The position numbers were made by a program, and so were the translations under genes. This document shows, in pieces, positions 1-8,417 of a DNA stretch of 14,866 nucleotides (position 1 is the stretch's first letter; each line of letters begins with the position of its first letter). The DNA comes from Amoebophrya sp. A120 (lineage: Eukaryota > Protista > Dinoflagellata). The notes beneath the pieces are model-generated. The model was not told the DNA's origin. It did no database searches and was given only the letters and a program-made list of their open reading frames with translations. The DNA lies in NCBI GenBank assembly GCA_905178155.1, contig CAJINV010000006.1:2431208-2446073 (forward strand). Reading direction: 5' to 3'.

Positions 1-140
1 CCTCTCCCGACCCTCTCCATTACCTCTCGTTTTACCTCTCCCCGACCCTCTCATTTTGTCCGACCCTCTATTTTACCTCTCCGACCCTCTATTTTACCTC
101 TCCCGAACCTCTACCAAACCTCTACTGTACCCTCTCCAGC
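1..140. repeat. Degenerate pyrimidine-rich tandem repeat, ~21-nt unit CCGACCCTCTATTTTACCTCT, probably intronic
   Basis: Near-perfect units at about 60-102, with degenerate CCGACCCTCT/TTACCTCT copies across 1-140. It lies downstream of the GT donor at 190 on the minus strand. Confidence 0.75.
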
Positions 141-190
141 CCCGTTTTCTTCCATATATAAATATAATAATGGTTTAAGTAAGTAACTAC

Positions 191-319
191 CTCGGTCGCT
201 TTCACCTCGGAACGGGTGGTCTTCTTGCGCAGCAGGCTTTCGGCCGAGACAACGGTCGCGGAGGCGACGTTGGCGGCGACAGCGCCGAACAGGACCAGGG
301 TCTTCTTGGAGGCGAACAT
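191..319 (-). CDS. First exon of a probable secreted protein (gene continues off the left edge)
   Basis: ATG at 319 gives MFASKKTLVLFGAVAANVASATVVSAESLLRKKTTRSEVKATE, a signal-peptide-like start with GC-rich codons. It ends at GAG|gtagtt (canonical GT donor at 190), where composition turns AT-rich and repetitive. Confidence 0.6.
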
Positions 320-1335
320 TTTTGGGTTTGAGTTTTTCGCTTCTTCTCGAAGAAAGCAAAAAAAAAGGTTTTTTTACGGAGCGAGAAAAGGTTTATTCTA
401 CTCGAGGAGGTAGTTGTTGTACAACTTTTTTGCTTTTCTAGGTGCTGGCTTGGTGCCGGTTTGTTTGAAACTTGGTTTCGTGTTTCAGTCGAGTTGCTGT
501 TATTTTCCTGTGATGACAATGTTGGTTGTGTGGAAGTACTAACACGTACAACTTGGATGCGAATATCAAGGTAGAAGTAGTGATTGATTTTAATTTGTTT
601 CGAAAGTTCCTAACCACAATACGACGTACTTCCGCAGGTGTACGAGGATTGCAGAAAATTTCGCATCTATCATCGGCGTAGTACGATGCAACGAAGTGGA
701 AGAAGTTCCTGTTGGAGTTGGACACTTGTACCCCTGCCACGAAATGTTGACAATGCACGCACTGATACGATCATTATCCCTGGACGATGAGGACGAAGAC
801 GATATCTAACTATTTCATAATTTGAACCACGAGGAGGACTACACGAGGAAGGTCATGTACACAACGAGTCGAATGGCACTACACCAGCGCGGCATACGTA
901 TAGTATACAGGATTTTCAAATTCTCATACGATGTTGACGAGGACTCTCATCTGGCCGGGATTCTACTTTTCTGTAAAATACGTGGTGTAGGTGTACAACT
1001 ACTACGCGTGTAATTGACGAAGCTGCCTCGACGGCTTTATAAAAATGGTGAACACGATCATCCACATTGTGCTCGTGCAGTAGAACACCTTCAAAACGAG
1101 TCTCGACTGACTCGACAGAAAGAGAAGTCTATTTATTGCACACGATATTTATTAAGCTTCGACACAGTAAATCAATTGATCAAACACAAACTGAAAAGCA
1201 GAAGATCTTCATGTATGCTCGTGTAAAAATATGCTGCATCGTGATGTCCGTAGCAGTTGAAAAGATTGTTTTCTTCCATTTTTTGCAAGCCTTGCTCCTT
1301 CGACGTGGTGACATCAAAAACTCCCTTTGATGTGG

Positions 1336-4300
1336 TCACCGAATCCTTTCCATCTGTCCCTGGACCCTATCAAATGTAAAAATCCCTGGATGTCTCGAAA
1401 CTTGTGATGCTGTGTGGCATATCATGAGGAGGCCACAATTGCTGGCTCAGCATGACAAGTTTCTGAGCTTCTAGGTGTTGCCTATTCTGCATGACAAACT
1501 AAGTACGTTTCTGCATGACAGAAAAGTGGGGCTCTTTGGTAATGTGCATGACAGATTTAAGAGTCATGCCAGACAGGCATGACAAACTTGCATTCTTCCA
1601 GACCCAGACATTTTTACGATTTGATAAACCCGGCTCATAAACAACACCTATTAAGGGGAAAAGCGAGGGCAGCAGCTCTCATTAGTGCCTGTGTTGATGA
1701 TGATGCTAAGCCTAGTACTCATGCACATTTGCTATGGTCCTCAGTTCTTTTGCACCGCGAACGCATTCGCACAACAAGTAGTTACTTACAGCAATTGGAA
1801 TTGCCGAACGCGTCTGATGCATAAATTAAACTTCTTACGCGGTGGTCGTGTGGGCTGATTTTAGTACTTGGTAGTACTAACTTACCTTTCAGCAGCACTT
1901 GTCAAAGACAAAGAGACCACTCACTTCCCTATCAACTGTAAAAATGTCTGGGTCTGGAAGATTGCCAGGTTTGTCATGCACATTTTGCATGACTCCTGAT
2001 GTCTGTGATGCATGCCCTAGCATCACAGATTTTATGAGGGCTTCCTGATGCCTATACCGCATGACAAACGCTCTTTCCGTGTAGCAAAACTTGAAATCTC
2101 TTTGCTGCTCATGCAATACAGATTTTTTTAGCATCCAAAATCAGCATGACAAGTTGCATTCTTCCAGACCCAGACATTTTTACATTTGATATTCCCTTTC
2201 ATAAGACCACGTCGGTACCTAGCCCATACACGGTATGGATTGCAAAAGTGTCTAGGTCTGGAAGATTCTACACTTGTAATGCTGTCTCTGGATTCTAAAA
2301 AAATTTGTATTGCATGACCAGCAAGAGGACTCCAGTTTGTGCTACGCGGAAAGGGCATTTCNCAAAGGAATTCACGTATGAAATGCAAAAGTGTCTAGGT
2401 CTGGAAGATTCTACACTTGTAATGCTGTCTCTGGATTCTAAAAAAATTTGTATTGCATGACCAGCAAGAGGACTCCAGTTTGTGCTACGCGGAAAGGGCA
2501 TTTCTAGTGCGGTAGAGGCGTCAGGAAGTCCTCTAAAAATCTGTGATGCTAGCGCATGCATCACAAACATCATGGATCATTCAAAATATGCATGACAAAC
2601 CTGAAAATCTTCCAGACCCAGACATATTTGTACTCCATACACGGTGTGCAGCTGCAACGAGCCACCGAGGTAGCGTGCGTAGAGATTTGCCAGGGGCAAC
2701 CCACAACCGCCCCCAGCGAAGGTCACTGTTTTGTAGTGCTGGCGGTATGCATTGCAAAATAAACATCTTCGTAAGTACACAAATCGCATGCCGAATTTCC
2801 ATTTCCTGCGCACGGGTAGAAATGGAATCTGTAATACGGAGTTAATACCTCAAGGAAGGGAAGAGACTTGATCAATTCTAATGCATGAATGCTGTCATTA
2901 GTACGACTGCGATTATACAACTTTTGCAATGCATAGCCGGGAGAGAAAGTTAGTTTCTTCGAAGTTCGCCTGTTCCGCAAAAGAAGAACTGCTGGCCGTG
3001 CTTGGGTTGGTCGTGTTGGGTGCCAGTTGTTGCGCTAACAACTGTTGCTCCGCCGTTTGGTGGTCATCGTCGACCATCAGATTGAGAGAATTCAACCCAT
3101 TTTCGTCCTTCACGTGCTCTGTGTTTGTCGTGCTGTGCAGGTAGTCGAAAACGTGCGGAGAATATGCATTGCAAAAGTATTATTGCAGTTACGCATTACA
3201 AATCTTTTTCCTAAAGGTCAATCAAATCAGCAGCACAAATTACATTTCTCATGCTGAGGAAATTCAAATTTGTATATGCAATTCATACTACTCACGGTGC
3301 TTTTGCAATTCATAGCAAATCCTCATCCGCAATGCCCCCTCCCTCGTCGCGGATGCGTATCGCGCACGAGAAGTCGTCTCCGGTGAGCACAATCTCGATG
3401 ACCCCCGGGCGCAGGAGTTGCTCAGTCGTGCTGTTGTCCTTGTTTTCATGATCATGTGGCTCAGCGACCTGTTGGAGGCCTGCCACTGCGTTTGCTGCTG
3501 CAGCTTCCGCGCTTTTTACTGTTGTTGTGTCCACTACATGGTCCTCCACAATCTTCACGAACGTATCCGGTGTTCCCTTCTCCGTCTGTTTGACCTGGTC
3601 CGCTTCCTCCTGCCTTTCCCGCAAGGAGCTCGACCGTGTCCGCACGAATGTGCCCCCGCCGAACTTTTTTCGCAACAGCCTCTTTTTTCTGTGGTTGATG
3701 GTCGCGGTGTATGACAGTGCACAACTCCCCCTCGTTCTCATTTCTCATGCAAAGTATCCAATCCACGCTTTCCCTCCTGTCACTATTATGCATGACAAAT
3801 TCTGGTAGCCCAAATAGCACTACAGTCCAGTCGTGCAAATTTATCATGCAAAACCGGCACTCTTGCTGAGGCTTGTATTGCCGTTCATGCTATACAAATT
3901 AGAAGGAGGGGGAGCTGTGCACTGTCATACGGTGGCGGCATTTTTCAGAATCTCGAACAGGATGAAGTACAAATGGTTGGTTGGATAGGCGATTATGCAT
4001 TGCAAAAGCATCGCACTTAGTGTAAATTGCATTACAAATACTTAAGTTGCTCAGCATGACGAGAACTGAAATTTGTCACGCTGTTCTACCTTTATCACAA
4101 GACTTGTCATGCATATTACGAGTACGATACTTTTGCACAGGATAGGAATCACGGGGTGCTGAATTTTCCGCAGTTTAAAAACCAACTCATCGTCGGCAAC
4201 GCCGTATTTCAACTTCACCAGATTTTTCACCTCCTTCACCGCATTTTCGCAAACCTTTGTGACATCGCACTCGGGGTCGATAATCCCCGCTCCGGACTGA

Positions 4301-7300
4301 ATGTAGCGGGAGTAGTATCGTGAGAAAAAAGTGTTTCACTGTAAGGATTTTACTTCCAGTTTTGCATCACAAGTTCGTTACACATGACAAAGAAAACTTG
4401 TCATGCAAGGTTTCTAAGAGAAACCAGAGCTAAAAGCGCAAGGTCTTGCATGTGTAGCACGACACGTCGGTCTGTGTTCCATTCTATGCATCACAAGTTT
4501 ACAGTGAAACTACAGTTTTTTCGTGCGATAAGTAGGGCTCCGCGAGTTCCAGATACCGTCGAATCAGCAGCTTGGTGGACATGCGACCCAAGAATAACCT
4601 ATCCAGGATTTCGTTCATCCGTTTCTTTTCCTGCAGTAACAGCTCTGGCGAACTTATCCAAGACAAAAACTGTGTTAGTGTAGCTATGACTATCTTTCTT
4701 GGCTGACAGCATTACAAATTTGCTCCACATGTTGACAGAGAAATAGACCTGTCATGCGTGGCTTGTAAAGGAAAACACACATGAAAGAGAACTTCATGGT
4801 TGCCTGGCATGACAAGTTCGTACCTCTCTTGCAAGTTCTGCATTACAGAGTTACACTTACACAGTTTTTTTCTTGCATAGAACTCACCTCGCTCGTCTTG
4901 CCGCTCGCCGTGGCTGTCGCGAGGGCGCTATGAACTGCAAAAGCATCGAGTATTCGTATAAATGCATTACCAGCATGACAAAGAAAATTTGTAATGCGGA
5001 TTTGACTTAACAAAAAGATTTGTAATGCATGATTGCATGATAATACGAATACGATATACTTTTGCACAGGATAGGCGCCGTTTGTGCTGCTTTCGACCAG
5101 GTTGGTCGCGCCGGCCAGGATATCACACGGAAAAATCCCCCCTCCACATATCGAAAAAGAAATTTGTGATGCTGGATTCGCGTACACAGATCAGGTTTGT
5201 ATTGCTAGAAGGCGAAGAAACGTAGTTGCGGTCTCGCCTGCAGGTAATCTGTCATTCTGTTTTCCGCTTGTCTAGATGCTTCCTGTCATGCTGAAGACGC
5301 AAGGCATTTCAACACCAGCCAGTACTACAGTGCGCATCTCTACTTCCCCTCTAGCATGACAACGCGATCTGAGGTCACACATCATGCTACACAAATCCCC
5401 GCTTTGATATGGGGAGGGGGGAGTTTTCATTGTAATACAGGAGTCTGGTGGTTCGGGAGTGCCGTTTGTGGATGGTTTGCAAACAGGTATACAACAGATT
5501 CGTGGGTCGTATTGTGAGCAAAAATCCCCCCTCCCCATATCGAAGAGGCGCGCTTTTCAAAATTTGTGCTGCTGATTTGTGGCCACAGATCGAGTCTGTC
5601 TTGCAAGAGAGCAAAGCCAGAGCTTCCGCCGCATTTCGCACGCGACTTGTAATGCTAGCGCCAATGGGGCAGACATCTGCCATGCTAAGTGACTACCTCA
5701 AGCCACCCCTTTCCGGGCTTTGTATCTGCCTGCAGTTCTCTACTGCAAGACAAAGCTAATTTGTGTACGCAAATACAGCATCACAGACTTTCCTTTCGAT
5801 ATGGGGAGGGGGGATTTTTCATTTTGATAGATCGGGCCTCGTGGTCTTGCACAGAACACTGATCTGCGGCTTGTTTTTCTGCCTCTTCTGCTGAAAGTCC
5901 GTCCACGTTACCAGTTGTTCCGTAGTTCTTATCCATGAGCTCGAATTTTTTAATCGGCGTTGCGTCAAATTTCTCCTTCAGCCGGACCAGCTCCTGCTGG
6001 ACTTTTCTTAAATCGGTAAAACTCTGCACGTATGCATTGCAACTAGGTCTCGGTCTGGGAGGTTGCAAAATTTGTCATGCTAGTCTGCCACGGCTCTAAA
6101 CTCTGTATTGCGTACTCCGCGAAGAGCTCCATTTGCCTGTCATGCAAAAACGCAGCTTTTCATGCGGGGCACGCACCTCATAACCCCGGAGAGCGAGAAA
6201 CTTGTCATGCTTGCCGGCGCATTACAAAGTGCTCAATATTCCCTTTGTTGCATCACAAGTTATTTCCATACCCAGACGTATTTGCAGTTGATAGCACGTA
6301 GAGCTCCCTCACATCGGAGAAGGCCTGATTCGACTGCCAGTCCGGAATGGATTCCAGCAATTTTTGTCCTGTGCAAAAGTATCGTACTCATAGAATAGTA
6401 AAAGTAATGGCATTTCTGCATGGCAAATCTCTTTTTCAAGGTAAATCGGCATGAGAAATCCCATTTGTCATGCTGAGCAAATTTGTAATCTGATTACTAC
6501 TAGCACGATGCTTTTGCATTTCATAATTTTATCCGGTGCGCGAATCTGATCGGGAGTTCATTCAGAAGTACCTTTCCCAGCTTTTCCGTCGTTTGAAAGG
6601 ACAAAATCTCCTCCAACGTAAACGGCTTCGGGTCCCGCAGGTATGAAATGCAAATATCCCTGGATGTCTGGAAACTTGTGATGCTGGGTGGGATATCATG
6701 AGGAGGCAACAAGTGCTGGCTCAGCATGACAAGTTTCTGAGCTTGAGCTTCCAGGTGTTGCCTATGCTGCATGACCAACTGCGTTTCTGCATGGCAGAAA
6801 AATGGGGCTCTTGGGTAACGTGCATGACAGATTTAAGAGTCATGCCAGACAAGCATGACACACATGCATTCTTCCAGACCCAAACATTTTTGCAGTTCAT
6901 AGCAGGCCCAGCGAAACGATTTCCGCGTTTAACAACTCGCGTAGGCGCTCATTGGACAAATTGGTGGTCGACGGCTGTCTCTCGAAGGACGACGTCGAGG
7001 AGCTAGTACTGCTTGAGGAGGAGCTATCAAATGCAAATATGTCTGGATCTGGGCGAAGGATGCACGGTTTATCATGCACATTTTGCATGACTCCTGATGT
7101 CTGTGATGCATGTCCTTCTAGCATCACAGATCTTGTGAGGGCTTCGGCTTCCTGATGCCTATACCGCATGAGAAACAAATGACCTCTCGCCGTGGGAAAA
7201 ACCGGACCTCTTACTTTGCTGTTCCAGCAATACAGATTTTTGTAGAATGCAGACGCGGCATCACAAGTTGCATCCTTCCAGACATCCAGGGATATTTGCA

Positions 7301-7736
7301 TGTGATAGGAGCTCGCTCCCGACGAAAAGGTTGAGAAGTGGTTCTTGCTGTTTATTTTGGGAAAATTACATGAAGCAGTGGAAGCGCCGCAAAAGGAGAT
7401 CTTCATGAAGCCGGTTCGTTGCACTCCACTCGCCCTGGACGGTATTTTCCATCGTACATCATTCCCAACCGCCGGGTTGTACCAAGGGGCGATGAAGATG
7501 AACGTTTTGGGCTTCCTTTCATAGCTCCAACCAGGAGAAGCATCATGGACACCAGGTTCTTTCATCTTGCAGCTGCCCCACCGCCGCCGACCAAGTTTTA
7601 CAACTGGAGCTGCAGGTGGCGATATTTTTAAATGGTGCACAGTGACCGCGGCCCTTGTAGAAGAACCTCCTCGACGTCCCAAAGCAGGCGGCATGATCGC
7701 CGTAGTTGCAGAGGATGATGAACAGGCAACAAACAT
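1336..7736 (-). CDS. Mitochondrial alpha-ketoacid dehydrogenase kinase (PDK/BCKDK family, GHKL ATPase fold), 17 exons, 732 aa
   Basis: Exons 7736-7308, 7019-6902, 6636-6526, 6359-6294, 6025-5830, 5504-5438, 5115-5074, 4923-4880, 4649-4531, 4310-4145, 3988-3930, 3704-3315, 3157-2936, 2740-2640, 2228-2204, 1643-1627 and 1362-1336 total 2199 nt with no internal stop (junctions can slide within the 5-nt repeats). Family motifs occur in order: PFTLEEILSF, NELPIRFAHRIK, LYVQSFTDL, IHKRH, ILDRLFLGR, GIIDPEC, HLYFILFEILKNA (N box), IRDEGGGI (G1), VFDYLHST, AGGGCGLPLANLYARYLGG (G2), GTDVVLF...MERIR*. The start ATG (7736 or 7694) is uncertain; the basic/Ser-rich N-terminus fits a presequence. Confidence 0.92.
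1368..1626. mobile_element. Introner-like TIR element, type A
   Basis: tatcaaatgtaaaa...cttccagacccagacatttttacgatttgata; flanking repeats gaccc/aaccc; closely similar to 6642-6901. Confidence 0.9.
1649..2203. mobile_element. Old degenerate introner-like element hosting a nested element
   Basis: Left end tattaaggggaaaagcgag versus restored right end (reverse complement) tatgaaagggaagtgag; repeats acacc/agacc; removal gives GTDVVLFMSR. Confidence 0.75.
1930..2191. mobile_element. Introner-like TIR element, type A, nested in 1649-2203
   Basis: tatcaactgtaaaaatgtctgggtctggaag...cttccagacccagacatttttacatttgata; perfect repeat ttccc; similar to 7025-7307. Confidence 0.92.
2234..2639. mobile_element. 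Introner-like TIR element, type A (true length probably ~263 bp)
   Basis: tatggattgcaaaagtgtctaggtctggaag...cttccagacccagacatatttgtactccata; perfect repeat cacgg; contains an N-associated duplication. Confidence 0.88.
2241..2504. other. Probable assembly artefact: exact 121-bp duplication across an N
   Basis: 2241-2361 is identical to 2384-2504; N at 2362; 2363-2396 is the reverse complement of 13819-13852. Confidence 0.8.
2746..2935. mobile_element. Introner-like TIR element, type B
   Basis: tatgcattgcaaaa...ttttgcaatgcata; repeats ggcgg/gccgg. Confidence 0.9.
3163..3314. mobile_element. Introner-like TIR element, type B
   Basis: tatgcattgcaaaag...cttttgcaattcata; repeats gagaa/gcaaa; removal joins DEDL to PHVFDYL. 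Confidence 0.88.
3710..3929. mobile_element. Introner-like TIR element, type C
   Basis: tatgacagtgcacaactccccctc...gagggggagctgtgcactgtcata; perfect repeat cggtg. Confidence 0.92.
3994..4144. mobile_element. Introner-like TIR element, type B
   Basis: tatgcattgcaaaagcatcg...cgatacttttgcacaggata; repeats gcgat/ggaat. Confidence 0.88.
4316..4530. mobile_element. Introner-like TIR element, type D
   Basis: tatcgtgagaaaaaagtgtttcactgtaa...ttacagtgaaactacagttttttcgtgcgata; perfect repeat agtag. Confidence 0.9.
4655..4879. mobile_element. Introner-like TIR element, type E
   Basis: tatccaagacaaaaactgtgttagtgta...tacacttacacagtttttttcttgcata; perfect repeat gaact. Confidence 0.9.
4929..5073. mobile_element. 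Introner-like TIR element, type B
   Basis: tatgaactgcaaaag...cttttgcacaggata; perfect repeat ggcgc. Confidence 0.9.
5121..5437. mobile_element. Introner-like TIR element, type F
   Basis: tatcacacggaaaaatcccccctccacatatc...gatatggggagggggagttttcattgtaata; perfect repeat cagga. Confidence 0.9.
5510..5829. mobile_element. Introner-like TIR element, type F
   Basis: tattgtgagcaaaaatcccccctccccatatcg...cgatatggggagggggggatttttcattttgata; repeats ggtcg/gatcg. Confidence 0.9.
6031..6293. mobile_element. Introner-like TIR element, type A (diverged)
   Basis: tatgcattgcaactaggtctcggtctggga...ttccatacccagacgtatttgcagttgata; perfect repeat gcacg. Confidence 0.9.
6365..6525. mobile_element. Introner-like TIR element, type B (left end TGT instead of TAT)
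   Basis: tgtcctgtgcaaaagtatcgtact...agcacgatgcttttgcatttcata; perfect repeat atttt. Confidence 0.88.
6642..6901. mobile_element. Introner-like TIR element, type A
   Basis: tatgaaatgcaaatatccctggatgtctggaa...ttccagacccaaacatttttgcagttcata; perfect repeat gcagg. Confidence 0.92.
7025..7307. mobile_element. Introner-like TIR element, type A
   Basis: tatcaaatgcaaatatgtctgg...ccagggatatttgcatgtgata; perfect repeat ggagc. Confidence 0.92.
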
Positions 7737-8417
7737 TTCTTGTGAACAGAAACAGTGGTACTTACTTACAACAACCACGTTGGCCCAGGAGCAGCTCTCC
7801 TTTTCTCCACTTCTCTAGGAAGAAGATGAAACAAAAAAACACAAAGAAACAACCGCGAAGCACCGGGAAAAAAATATAACCGAAGTTCAGACAAGCCTGT
7901 CTTTCTCTTTGTTTTTTGGAGCACACATTTATATATTTTGCGCGGCAGAGGTAATGATCTTTTTCTTCCTTGATCAGGCGACCGAATTACTACAACTGAA
8001 TTCTAGTTCATTCAATTCTCCTGTAGCTTTGACCGAGAGATGAAAACGAACGCCGCCAATCGATCGAGAGGTGCTGGTGGCGTCTTCAAACCCAAGAGGA
8101 ACAGAACCTCCCGAAGTCTTCCGCACGACTATACCTATGCAGTCTTCCGCAAGAGGCACTTAGTGGGTTTCCACTCACTTGTACCTATGCCTTTGGTAGG
8201 GCCGGAGTTAATTATAGATGTTGGTGTCGCCTGTTTTGTCAAATGAAATTCCGGATTTCCATCTACTTGTTCCGGTCGTAAATCAAGTCGGTTGTAAGTA
8301 ACTCGATTGAAACGCCGTTTTCCACCACTAGCACTTCTTGTTCTTCGAGAAAGAACAATCACCATTTATATAAATCGGTGCGGCCTGCTAAACCGACGCG
8401 CATTGCAGATCGGGATC

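Noticed and set aside
2199-2201. In-frame TGA after GTDVVL, suggesting stop-codon reassignment (reported in one Amoebophrya strain)
   Set aside because: The TGA lies within element 1649-2203. After removal no in-frame stops remain in the reconstructed genes, and the Trp residues in the standard-code translation use TGG.
2241-2504. Tandem duplication or second element inside 2234-2639
   Set aside because: It is an exact copy flanking an N, and the spacer matches the reverse complement of 13819-13852 including exon sequence. This is typical of a scaffold overlap mis-extended through a shared TIR.
7737-7980. Dinoflagellate spliced-leader relic upstream of genes
   Set aside because: No match to CCGTAGCCATTTTGGCTCAAG was seen by eye, so the taxon remains unconfirmed.
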